Notes: generated by a model from the sequence alone, not told the origin. 54,676 bases of DNA from Octopus bimaculoides (GCF_001194135.2 NC_068983.1:78655456-78710131); one strand, 5' to 3'. Positions 12,954-24,790 are shown, counted from the stretch's first letter. Made by a program: numbers and translations.

Positions 12954-13174
12954 CTCTTTAGCATTTAAACCTACCATATCTGGCCTAAATATTTTGCTTG
13001 TTTTACATTCAACCTGGCCAGATCCAGGCTTTCACATCTACCCTGCAATGTCATTCTAAAAATAATCAATAACATCTTTGAAATCTCAAAGCTATGAGAT
13101 AATACCGGATTAGTGTTATAAAAAGGTAAATATAAAAGTTACACATTTGACAAAGTAATCTGAATGCTAAAGGG
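12954..13174 (+). mobile_element. piggyBac-like MITE, family E (221 bp), flanked by CTAG
   Basis: Terminal repeats CTCTTTAGCATT...AATGCTAAAGGG; CTAG at 12950-12953 and 13175-13178; homologous to 30478-30696 and 20541-21662. Confidence 0.85.
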
Positions 13175-13325
13175 CTAGGGTATATATATATTATTCAATT
13201 TACAGAGAAATACTTATGTTTTATACCTTAGTTTTGTAAGTACAATACACGCAAGACCCATACTTGAAGAGCTTATGTAGCTATGCAGCTAAGCAGTAAG
13301 AAAATTTTTGTGCTTTTATGCAGAT

Positions 13326-13990
13326 AAGTGCATCATCATCATCATTATCATCGTTTAATATCCACCTTCCATGCGGGTATGGGCTGGACGGTTTGACAGG
13401 AGCTGGCTGGACAAAAGACTGCATCAAACTTCTGTGTCTGTTTTGGCATGGATTTTACAGCTGGATGCCCTTCCAAATGCCAACCACTTTACAGTGCAGG
13501 CTGGATGCTTTTTATGTGACACCAGCACTGGCAGGGTCACCAAGTAACCTGTGAGATAAAGATCCTTTGAGAGGGACTGGGGCAATGGAAAAGGTAATCT
13601 TGTGTCAGTTGATGAAAGGTTAGAGTGTGACAGAGAGACAGAAACAGGTGTCTTGCTGTAGAGAAGGTACGTGGTTACCTGGTGAAAGAGAGAGAGAGAT
13701 GGGAGGGAGAGAGAGAGGGAGAGAGAGGACAGAAACAGGTGTGCTGTTGTAAAGAAGATACATGATTACCCAGTGTGAGAGAAGATCAAGAGAAGGAGGG
13801 AAGGGGAGAGGGAGAGAGAGATAGAGAGAGAGAGAGAGGGGGAGACTGCAAGAGTGCAAGAGAGAGCAGGAGAGAGATGGTGGCAAAGTGCCAGGGCTTC
13901 CTTAGAAGGGATGGGGATCAGAATATAAATGGGATGGTAGAGTAAAGGAAGAGAGAGATAGATGGTGACAATAAAGTTTCAACAGTGCAG
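13326..13990 (-). mobile_element. RTE-tail repeat D2 with a pyrimidine-rich (CT) body
   Basis: CATCATC..CGTTTAATATCC..CTGGATGCCCTTCC tail, followed by a GA-rich body on the plus strand. Confidence 0.8.
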
Positions 13991-14791
13991 TAGGTAGGCT
14001 GATTTCTTGTCATCAAAAACTAAAGCTGTATCTGTTTCAAAGAGGATAAATTGTGTTAATTACACAACTAAACATTGTATACTATAAATGAGTAGTATAA
14101 GATATGGATTCAGAGAATTGTGCAGCTATCACAGTAAACTCCTCATATGATCTTGACTATCAGTCTACATAGTAATCAATTACAAACTAGAAAAATATAA
14201 ACTGTCCACGAAACTAAAAATCCAGAAAACCTCAACAATAAAATTATTTTCTGATGAGTATATTAAAACATAAAGCCAGAAGGTATTGAGAGGTGAATAT
14301 AGATTATTTAACAATGTGACTTCCATAGGATTATGGCTATTTCACAACCTTATTAATTTCAGTGTGCAAGAAATTATGCACATATGTTTGCATTAATATG
14401 TATGCTTTGGAACAGTTCAACTGTTGATGTAACCATGATATCCTGGTGATCTGATGAGGCGAGATTTCTTTATTTGCATAAATTTGTGAATATACGATTG
14501 TATTGTATAATGCTGAGCTCCCATATTAATGCAAGCATGGATGCATAATTTCTTTCATACTGGAATTTTTACTATGAAGAACATTGTGAAATGGTTGTAA
14601 TCCTATAGAAGTCATGTAACTAAATAAATCTAACTATATTCACCTCTTATACATCCTAACTTTATGTATGTATGCATGTATAGATAGATAGACAGACAAA
14701 GAGACAGACAGTCAGACAGACAGATAGACAGACAAATAGATAGATAGATACGTAGATAGATGTACAGATGGGGTGACACCAAACTATTTTA

Positions 14792-14824
<33 letters not shown>
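14792..14824. repeat. (AAT)11 microsatellite at the 5' junction of the R4/Dong element
   Basis: Direct reading of the sequence. Confidence 0.95.
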
Positions 14825-16365
14825 CTAGTGATGGTTTCACAATAAAAACATTGGTAACTGCACAACCTGATAATCGCTACCTCATATGAGTGACAATGAA
14901 AAAACAAAATATTGTGAATAATGGTAGTAATGAAACCGAAGCCATTGATGGTGACTGTCACATCTGGCAGGCTTAGAGATTCTGGTCCAGCTCCAGCCTG
15001 TCAATATCCAGAAAGGGACCACCACACATAGCGTAAATGGAGCAAGCAAATTAATGCTGTGGTCATGCAGTATTACTACCTGAACAACCCTATAGATGAA
15101 AATGGTACTCAAATTAGGGGTTACCATCAACGTATGTATGATCATTGGAGAGAAAAGGGATTGTTTCAACTCACAGAACAGAGACCATGTGATCAAGCTA
15201 GAGCAATAAGAAAAGGATCATTAGTTCACAGAAGTAGAGCTGGAAACTATCAAAAGACGGGTCTATAAAGAAATAAATGGAGAGTGTACAGATGAAAAGT
15301 TGATACCAGATAACAATGAAAGTCAAAGGTATTGGAGTGACATCTGGGGCAAAGACAAGGAGCACAAGAAGGATACTGAATGATTGAAAGAAATGAAACA
15401 AACAGTAGTCTGTCCAAAACAGTAATTTCAGTTAGAGAAGTGAAGGATATCAGCAAAACAATGAGCAACAGGAAAGCCTCAGGACCAGATGGAGTTCAAG
15501 GCTACTGGATCAAAAGATCTGGTAAATGTCATGCACGAATAGCTGCACAACTCAACACTATGTTAAATACCGACCAAGTAACACCAGAGTGGTTGACATT
15601 GGGTAGGACAGTGCTGTGCCTGAAAAACATCGAAAAAAGCAATATGGTAGACAATTACAGGTTGATATCTTGTCTGCCACTTATGTGGAAGTTATTAACT
15701 GGAATACTCACAGATTCAATGTACGAACATCTGGAAAAAATGGAGTCCTACCACATGAGCAGAAGGGTTGCAAGTGTAAGTGAAGAGGTACCAAGGATCA
15801 ACTCCTGATAGACAAAACTGTACTTAGAGACTGCAAGAGGAGAAAAAGTAACTTATCCAGGGGTACAATATGATCCCACATTCTTGGATTGTGGAATGTA
15901 TGAACCTATTTAGTATTGCATCGACTATTGAGCGATTGCTTGGAAAAAATATGGCAAAGGGGAATATGGAACTGACAGCATATGGAAGAAGTTTAGAGAC
16001 AGTAGAAATCAGGAGAGGCATCTTCCAAGGGGATTGCCTGTCCCCACTGATTTTTGTACTGTGCTTGATACCACTAACAGTGATTCTGAGGGAAGCAAAA
16101 GCTGGGTATGTATTCAAAAGCTGCCAACAAAAAGTCAACCATTTGCTATTCAGGGATGACCTCAAACTTTATGGTAAACATGAAGCCCAAGTTAGTTACC
16201 TCATTGATACATGTATACCTTCAGTGCAGATATCAGAATGGAGTTCGGACTGAGAAAGTGTGGTGTGTTCGTCTTGAAGAGAGGAAAAATCAAATGTATA
16301 GACGGGCTAATAATACCGTCGGCGAAGGCTATGAAGCATATAAAAGAGATGGGCGGTTTCACTAT
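14825..16365 (+). mobile_element. R4/Dong-clade non-LTR retrotransposon, internally deleted, 3' truncated, pseudogenised reverse transcriptase
   Basis: N-terminal KWSKQIN..VMQYYY..RGYHQRMYDHWREKG...TEQR.CDQARAIRK; RT motifs [88 protein letters not shown]; frameshifted. Confidence 0.9.
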
Positions 16366-16367
16366 AT

Positions 16368-16790
16368 ATCATCATCATTTAACGTCCACATTCCATGCTA
16401 GCATGGGTTGGCTGGTTTGACTGAGGACTGGCGAGCCAGATGGCTGCACCAGACTCCAATCTGATCTGGCAGAGTTTCTACAGCTGGATGCCCTTCCTAA
16501 AGCCAACCACTCTGATAGTGTAGTGGGTGCTTTTACATGCCATAGCACGAGGGTCAGTCAGGTGTTTTTTACGTGCCACCTGCACAGGAGCCACACTCGA
16601 ATGTTGTCTTTCACGTGCCACCGGCACAAGTGGCAGTAAGGCGACGCTGGTAATGATCACATTCAAATGGTGCTTTTTACGTGCCACCGGCATGAAAGCC
16701 AGTCAGCGGCCTTGGCAATGATCATGCTTGGAGGTGCTCTTAGCACTCCACTAGCATAGATACCAGTCATGCGGTGCTGTCAGCAAATTT
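16368..16790 (-). mobile_element. RTE 3' UTR fragment (variant with GTGCTTTTTACGTGCCACC subrepeats)
   Basis: (CAT)n-TTTAACGTCC-CCATGCTAGCATGG tail; it abuts and truncates the Dong element. Confidence 0.85.
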
Positions 16791-17305
16791 GATATATTTA
16801 TATGTATAAACGCTTAAGTATATATGTATGCATGCAGACACCTATGTGTATATGAGGATGAAGTTGCGTGGACATATACATATATATACATGTGTGCGTG
16901 TGTGTGTGGATATGTTTGTATGTATGAGTACGTACATGCACATGTATATGTGCATGTGTGTACATATGTAGATGTTATGAACGCAGGAGGTTCTATGTCT
17001 ATGTATTGTGACAATATGGTTGCATGTATTTTTTGTCCTTTTCCTTTTTTCTTTCTTTGTACCTATTAGAGTAACTTCCCATTTATTCAACAGTTTTTCA
17101 TAGCATCTGTTGCCATTACTAGCTGATGAAAATGCATCGTAGCTCTTCACTCCAGCATTTGAAACTCCAAGTGCTATAATGACAACTTAGTGTTTGTCCT
17201 AAGTTATAAATATATAAATAATCCTTTATTTACCTAATATCGAGGTTTCATTCTATTATTGTCACTTATTATTATTATTATCGTTATTATTATTATCACT
17301 ATTAC

Positions 17306-17356
<51 letters not shown>

Positions 17357-17408
17357 TATACACATATTATTTATTATTATTATGTATATATATAATACAC
17401 ACACACAA

Positions 17409-17565
17409 GTCACTTTTATACAGATGCTGTTCTACTAAATTCACTCACAAGACATTGGTTGGCCTGGGTTTTAATAGAAGATACTTGTCCAAGGTGCTGC
17501 ACAGTGGAGTTGAAGCCAAAATCAAATAATTACAAAGTGAGCTTCTTAACCACACAGCCATAGCA
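17409..17565 (-). mobile_element. SINE family B, 5' half
   Basis: CTTCTTAACCACACAGCCATA head and CTTGTCCAAGGTGC body. Confidence 0.7.
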
Positions 17566-17749
17566 TAACATTATAAGCTGTGTAATTATATACAGAAGTG
17601 GATCCTCCTCTCCTGATATTTGATTTTGATTTTGTTCTTGCTGGATATTGGTTAAAAACCATAACATTATTAGAAAAATAACATTTTCGTTCCAGCCTCT
17701 TCCTTTTTCACCTTTTTGTTTTTATGACTAACTTCGGGAATATTTTTAC

Positions 17750-17890
17750 TCCTCAGCTTCAGCTGAAAGATCACTGCTATTTATGCTTGGAAGCACAATA
17801 GGACCAAAATTATTAAGATTTAGAAGATAAAATAATAATGGTAAAATAGATGCTATTGAAGCATAAATACAACCAGGATAATACAAATTG
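17750..17890 (-). CDS. Candidate 141-nt internal exon of an unidentified host gene
   Basis: Pyrimidine tract + CAG acceptor; open frame NLYYPGCIYASIASILPLLFYLLNLNNFGPIVLPSINSSDLSAEAE; GA|GTAAAA donor. No homology recognised. Confidence 0.25.
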
Positions 17891-18247
17891 CTGTTTCAAA
17901 GGTAGAAAAGTGTAAAAACAAAAACATATCTTTAATAATCAAGGAGTAAAAAAAAAAAAATCATAGCTACAACTATGTAAATAAACATGATGAGATGAAC
18001 CAAACCAAAAAGTGAACAAGGATTTTCACTGTTCCGCTGCTACACAATAAAAATCATTAATTTAAACCACTTTACAATTCATGCTTCAAATTAGTCCAAT
18101 CTCATTTTGATCCATCTGTTCCAAAGTTTGAATATTTGGTATAAGAAGCAGCAGACATGGACGTAGGTTCCAAGCATATAATCACAAGATATGTTATACA
18201 TTCAGAACTTGATTAGAATTATGAGGGATACATATACATATACATAT

Positions 18248-18530
18248 ATATCTTATATCTGTTTCAGTCATTAGACAGTGGCCATGCTGGAGCACTATCT
18301 TTAAGAACTTTTAGATGAATGAATCACCCCTACCAGCACTTATTTTTGTTTTTTAGTCTGGTACATATCCTATTGGTTTCTTTCTGCTGAATCATTAAGT
18401 TATAGGGACATAAACAAACTAACACCAGTTGTCAAGTGGTGGTGGGGGACAAACACAGACATGAAGACACATACACACACACATGTATGTATATATATAT
18501 ATATATATATGACAGGCTTCTTTCAGTTAC
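18248..18530 (-). mobile_element. SINE family B, 3' part
   Basis: TTTCAGTCATTAGACAGTGGCCATGCTGGAGCAC tail; broken next to the RTE insertion. Confidence 0.8.
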
Positions 18531-18582
18531 CTATAAGATATATATATAATATAAATATATATATTTAATTCTAATATAAAAT

Positions 18583-19329
18583 AAGACCTGGGATGAGGTG
18601 GTGAGGCACAACGTTCGAACATTGGGCCTCACCGAGGCGATGACTTCTGACCAAGACCATTGGAAATATGCTGTGCGTGAGAAGACCCAGCAAGCAAAGT
18701 GAGACCTAAATCTATGGCCTCAGCCAGTCCACTTATGCGTACCTTCCTTCATTGGACACTAAACTTCACTTGCGAAGACCTGTTGAGGCAAGTGAAATCG
18801 AAATCGCGTTAAATTGGACACTAAACTCCACTTGCGAAGACCTGTTGAGGCAAGTGAAATTGAAATCGAGTTAGATTTGACGACTGGCACCCATGCCAAC
18901 GTCGTCTCCTTCATTGGACACGAAACTCAGCCGGCGAAGACTTATTGGGGCAAGCAAAATCGAAATCGAAATCGTGATGGCACCTGTGCCCAGCGTCGCC
19001 TTTCTTGCACTTGTGCCTGCAGCATGTTTAAGGACTTTCAAGTGAGATCGTTGCCAGTGCCCCTGGACTGGCTCTTGTGCGGGTGGCACATAAAATACAC
19101 CATTTTGAGCATGGCCGTTGCCAGTACCGCCTTACTGGCCTTCGTAGAGATCGTTGCCAGTGCCCCTGAATTGGCTCTTGTGCGTGTGGTACATAAAATA
19201 CACCAGGTGAGCGTGGCCGTTGCCAGTACCGCTTGACTGGCCTTCGCGCCAGTGGCACGTAAAAGCACCCACTACACTCTCTGAGTGGTTGGCGTTAGGA
19301 AAGGCATCCAGCTGTAGAAACTCTGCCAA
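18583..19329 (+). mobile_element. 5'-truncated RTE LINE: ORF2 C-terminus plus 3' UTR (copy 1)
   Basis: 18583-18702 reads KTWDEVVRHNVRTLGLTEAMTSDQDHWKYAVREKTQQAK*, the typical RTE ORF2 end; the UTR carries internal ~57-bp and ~105-bp subrepeats. Confidence 0.9.
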
Positions 19330-19895
19330 TTGGAAATATGCTGTGTGTGAGAAGACTCGGCAAGCCAAATGAGACCTAAATCTAAGGCCCAGCCAGTCCA
19401 CTTATGTCTACCTTCCTTCCTTCCTTCATTGGACTCTAAACTCCAATTGCGAAGACCCGTTGAGGCAAGTGAAATCGAAATCAAGTGATATTTGACGACT
19501 GGCACCCATACCGACGTCGTCTCCGTCATTGGACAGGAAACTCAGCTTGCGAAGACTTATTGGGGCAATCGAAATCGTGATGGCACCTGTGCCCAGCGTC
19601 GCCTTTCTTGCACTTGTGCCCGCAGCATGTGTAAGGACCTTCGAGTGAGATTGTTGCCAGTGCCCCTGGATTGGCTCTTGTGCGGGTGGCACATAAAATA
19701 CACCATTTTGAGCGTGGCCGTTGCCATTACCACCTGACTGGCCTTCGTGCGGGTGACACATAAAAGCACTCACTACACTCTCTGAATGGTTGGCGTTAGG
19801 AAGGGCATCCAGCTGAAGAAACTCTGCCAAATCAGATTGGAGCCTGGTGTAGCCATCTGGTTTCACCAGTCCTCAGTCAAATCGTCCAACCCATG
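19330..19895 (+). mobile_element. RTE 3' UTR, copy 2, in tandem with copy 1
   Basis: Restarts at TTGGAAATATGCTGTG (equivalent to 18660) and runs to CCAACCCATG. Confidence 0.9.
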
Positions 19896-19985
19896 GTTTG
19901 GCGTTTAATACATGCCACCGGCACCGGAGGCAGTAAGGCAGGCCTAGCAATGAACATGTTTGGATGGTGCTTCTTACGTGCCAGA
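19896..19985 (-). mobile_element. Inverted RTE 3' UTR fragment
   Basis: ATGCCACCGGCACC..GCAATGAACATG..GGTGCTTCTTACGTGCCA resembles 16670-16740. Confidence 0.6.
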
Positions 19986-20568
19986 AACAGAAGTGACAGT
20001 GATTTCGAGGTTTCAGAATGTTAGTGTCTGTTGGACTGTCCAATGAAGGTTAACAAAATTTGTTTTAATCCCAATCACAATTCCACTGAACCAATGTTAA
20101 AGTATCACATGATAATGAAATTATTTAATATTTTGGTACAAAGAAACAAAAGTAAGTCTTTAACAGCCAAATATTTTAACCTCAACATACACATCTTGTT
20201 TCACTTTCCATGCAAAAATATATTGTCTTATTATCTATTTTGAATCTGTATATAAGGAAGAATAAGTACACAAATCGTATTGGATCATTTATGATTTATT
20301 ATGAAGTTACTGATAGAAATTATAGTTATTGATAGCTAATGATAGAAAACACGAATAACATCATGAACAAAGTATTTTGGGTTAGAAATAAGTAACAGAT
20401 ATCTCAGAGTACAGTGAACATATATTTTCATTCAAATATATATTTACTAGACATCTCTGAATGAAAATATATGGGTTAATATGTTAAGAGGTTAACAAAA
20501 AGGAAAGAAAAGTATTCAACAATAGTTTTTGAGGAAGCAGTCTTTAGCATTCAGATCACTATTGTTAA

Positions 20569-21166
20569 CCCTTCATTGGCCAGCTGGGTTGGAATTACTC
20601 AAAAGGCCATTGAGGTTCCAAGGGACCCTTTTTTATTTTTGCACATTTCCACATTATCCATAAAGTAATATTTGTTTAATCTTGAATATATGTGCTCTAT
20701 GATACAGAACAAGAAATTTAACATTTTATAGGTATATATTTGAAATTATTAGCGTTTAATGGAGGGGAATTAAAATATAATTTATTGACTGAAAAAAACC
20801 TTTATTGAAAGAAATCAACATTTTTTATAGTTTCATAAACTACACATATAGCACTAAATATAAAATAAAACAAAATTATTTAGTATATCGATTCATACCA
20901 GTACATATAAGAAGAAAATTGACTTGTAGTTCATCAGAATATCCGAAAAAAGAACAGGAAAGAATAATTTCACAGGAGGCCAATAGGGTCCAGTTGGACC
21001 CCAATGACCATATTTTATGCTATGACTGGAAATTTTCCATGTGCATACATAAGCTATTGACAATAAAAGTCATGAGATATAAAATCATTTAAATAAAGAA
21101 AAGTAGAAGTTGCATTACTTTAAAAATTTGCTGGGGTCCCAAGGGACCATGCCAGCCCATGAAAGG
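20569..21166. mobile_element. piggyBac-like non-autonomous element (598 bp) with TTAA duplication
   Basis: TTAA|CCCTTCATTGGCC ... GCCAGCCCATGAAAGG|TTAA; GGTCCC-AA-GGGACC type hairpins near both ends and GGGTCC-AGTT-GGACCC internally. Confidence 0.7.
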
Positions 21167-21223
21167 TTAATTCACATTGTTTTGAATTAACCATGTGTTA
21201 TCCCATAGCTACAAGATTTCAAT

Positions 21224-21528
21224 AGAAGGCATGTGGCTTAGTAGTAAAGGCATTTGGTCCATGACAGTAAGATTGTGAATTCAATACTCAACAGCACATA
21301 GTGTTCTTGAGCAAGACACTTTACTCCACTCTGCTCCAGTTCATTCAGCTGCCAAAAATGAATAGTAACTGTATTTCATAGAGCCAGCCTTGTCACATTC
21401 TGGGTTACACTGAATCTCCCTGAAAACTATGTTAAGGGTACACGTGTCTGTGGAGTGCTCAACCACTTGTGCCTTAATTTCATAAGCAGGCTGTTTCATT
21501 AGTCGAACCAACAGAATGCCAGCTTTTT
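21224..21528 (+). mobile_element. tRNA-derived SINE, family A variant, with target-site duplication
   Basis: GAAGGCATGTGGCTTAGTAG head and GTGTTCTTGAGCAAGACAC body; AAGATTTCAAT at 21213-21223 and 21529-21539. Confidence 0.8.
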
Positions 21529-22748
21529 AAGATTTCAATGATGTGATTGTTTAGTTTTATAACGACATTGTAGGATAGGTGTTAGAAGCTGGATCTGGCC
21601 AATTTTAACATAAAGCAGGTAGAACAATTGGGCCAGATATGGCCAATTTAAATGTTAAAGGGTTAAATTGAGACATAAATTATATAGAAGGTTGCTGTGA
21701 GCACAGACAAGATGGAGAATAGAAATCTAGTCACCTTGACAGTTAGTGAGGTGCTATATGGACATAAAATACAAAGTTGGTTTTGTCTCTGTCATTATAT
21801 TTTATCATTTACAGAACAATCTGAAATTAAAAAAAAAAAAAGTAAAGAAGAAACAGCCTGCTTTATTTTTTTGTTTGTGCTAAAAACACAAACTTCACCT
21901 TTATACATGTATGCACACAAACACAAACACATACATACACACTCTCTCTCTCTTTCACTTTCAAAATAAAATCTGTTGGAGATTTACAGACAGAAAATTT
22001 TAAGTTTAAAAACTTTTCTCACACTTTCTTTTACTCTATAACTCTCCATTTCTTCTGATATATTCTCACTTTTCTGTTTTCAGTATTAACCCAAAATTTA
22101 TGAATAGTTTATCTTTGTAACTATATATTCTTTCATATAACCATATTAATATATTAATAACTCATGGATAACTTCACACTGGAAGAAGATATTCATAACA
22201 GAAAGCTCTGGATGCCATAATTCCCAATCATATCTTTCTATGTCAGATGATTTGAAATTTTCATCCAGGATAAATTAGTGTCTCATCTGCATTTAGAGAT
22301 GCAACGGCTCTGAGAAAAATAACAGCTATAACCTTTGTTGGTCAAATTTGGTATCTTGCTAGATTATTTGTTAACAAATGCTTTTGATAAGACTCTTTGG
22401 AAAACTTCTCTGAGAATTTTACCCCACAAGAAGAAGTGGGTGAGGAAGATGGTTCAAAAAAAATATCACCTTATTATCTATTTTACATTCATTTCATAAG
22501 ATAATTAGCCTGAAACATACTGCAGTTCATATATCTTTAATTGATAAATAAGTTTTTTAATTCTTGGTGTTTACTGCATTTCAAGTTTTCATCTGATAGT
22601 GACTACTCATAATATTGCTAGCCTTCTGTGTGAACATGTGCGTGTGCATGTGTGCGTGTGCACGGGTGTGTGTATTTGTGTGTGTGTGTATGTGTGTGTG
22701 TGTGTGTCTGTGTCAGTGTGTGTGTGTCTGTCTGTGTGCATGTACATA

Positions 22749-23062
22749 CATGTGATGCATTCTAGAAGTTTTGAAACATTTTTAGGAGAAGCAGTTATGA
22801 CTGCCCTAGATTATTGAAAAACTTGAGTATATCATTACCATATTTATAATAAGCTTATCTGCCAACTTTTTATCCCATATTGAAGCAAACAACTGTAACA
22901 GTACTTTGAGCACACCTCACTAAGCACTACTTATCACAGCTGACTAACTTGCATGATGCAGTCGGGAAATAGAGACAATTTGGAAGCTTACTAAGCAATA
23001 AAGTTTTGTGTTAAACTGGGCAAAAACACTACAGAAATTTGTGAGATGTTCCACTACATTTT
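22749..23062 (+). mobile_element. Mariner relic (5' end and transposase N-terminus)
   Basis: 22953-23060 reads MMQSGNRDNLEAY*AIKFCVKLGKNTTEICEMF, matching the mariner N-terminal AIKFCVKLGK motif. The left boundary is tentative. Confidence 0.75.
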
Positions 23063-24100
23063 CTGTCGAGGACTTACATGCCCCATTCTTGGACTATTTT
23101 CTTTTGTCATTGTGTGGTGATTGCTTATAAGCTTTAAGCTTATAAAATACTATTATTATTTACAGAACTGTAAAAATTGATGCTGCTTAACAAAACCATC
23201 CAAGTGCAAGCATGTGTATATATAGACACACACACACACACACACACACACACTCATATATATATATATGCATGAAGAGTATGAAGTTGTGTAGTTGCTA
23301 CTAATCTATTCATATAATCTCTTAAAACATTCAACAACAGAGAGACAAAATGCATCACTTTAGTCTCAGTCATAATCTTGTAAAACTAATTCATTTCTAA
23401 ACAATTACACTTCAGTTGATAATGTTGTTTGGCTTTGGGTAATTTAAGTACAGTACAGTGGATATAAAGTCAAAGTGTTTGTATGCTGACATGTTCCATA
23501 GTTCAAAACTTGCTACAGGCCATATTTTGTAACTTGATATATGTAACAAGAAGAGAAATAAGCACTTTTGTTTTACTTATTGGATTGATATATAAATAGA
23601 TGAATCTCACATTACAATGAATTGGTTAGCAATAAGAATGCTGTCTAGCATTGAAACTTATCCTCTACAATTGTTGAAAAGTTGATAACAGAAAATTATC
23701 GCAAAACCATAATCTAAAAGCAAACAAAAAATATTAAATGTATATCAGTTAAAATAAAGCAATTGAAAGCTATATCACACACACACACACGCATGCATGC
23801 ATGCAAATGTACATAGATGCAAGTTGTATGGTTTAGAGGTTTGTTTCTCTATTATGCAGTTTCAGATTTGGAATGTGGTTCTACTGTCAGAAATCTTGGA
23901 AAAGTATCTTCAACGATAATATTTGAAGAGATATGATGTTAGTGATGCATACTTCCAATCCAGGTTAAAATCCGCACTTCTGTTTGTTTTCCCTTTTTTT
24001 TTTTGTCAATTTGCAGCTTGGCAAGTGTATCAGGGAATACTATTCAGTGCTTTGCCTAAGTTTCAGCATAGTGTCAATTACATAACATGAACTAACTTAG

Positions 24101-24259
24101 GCACAAGTGTGGCTGTGTGGTATGAAACTTGCTCCCAACCACTTGGTTCCAGGTTCAGTCCTACTGCGTTGCACCTCGGGTAAATGTCTTCTAATATAGC
24201 TTCAAGCTAACCAAAGCCATGGGAGTGGATTTTGTAGACTGAAACTGACAAAAGCCTGT

Positions 24260-24309
<50 letters not shown>

Positions 24310-24451
24310 GTTTTAGGGAAAAGAAATAAGGTTTATGAATTCATCGATGAAAATCCACTGTCACATTTTATACTGTGAAACTTAATTTAATTTTAATTTT
24401 TAATAAATTGATTTTAATTGAGTTTTTACCTGTAATTTTGGATTTTATCCC

Positions 24452-24491
<40 letters not shown>

Positions 24492-24496
24492 CATAT

Positions 24497-24592
<96 letters not shown>

Positions 24593-24790
24593 ACATCTAT
24601 GTGTGTGTGTCTTTGTTTGTTCCTACCATCACTGCTTGACAACTGGTGTCGGTGTGTTTATGTCACCATAACCTAGCAGTTCAGCAAGAGACTTGTAGCT
24701 TAAGTACTAGACTTTAAAAAAAAATAGTCTTGAGGTCAATTTCTTCAACTAAAACCCCTCAAGGTGATGCTCCAACATGGAGCACCTATC
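24101..24790 (+). mobile_element. SINE family B with an expanded, interrupted (TA)n centre
   Basis: Head GTGGCTGTGTGG..GGTTCAGTCC, 3' half from 24600; a ~150-bp unrelated insert lies inside the TA run. Confidence 0.85.

Larger units (their letters stand above)
20541..21662 (-). mobile_element. Family E MITE interrupted by two later insertions
   Basis: TCTTTAGCATTCAGAT at 20541; body resumes at 21171-21223 and 21529-21662; ends TAAAGGG|TTAA. Confidence 0.7.

Noticed and set aside
18740-19260. CRISPR-like array
   Set aside because: The units are contiguous subrepeats of a LINE 3' UTR with no unique spacers, in a eukaryotic context.
22150-22480. Protein-like stretches on both strands
   Set aside because: Every frame is interrupted by stops and no family motif was recognised; invoking RNA editing of the stops is unsupported.
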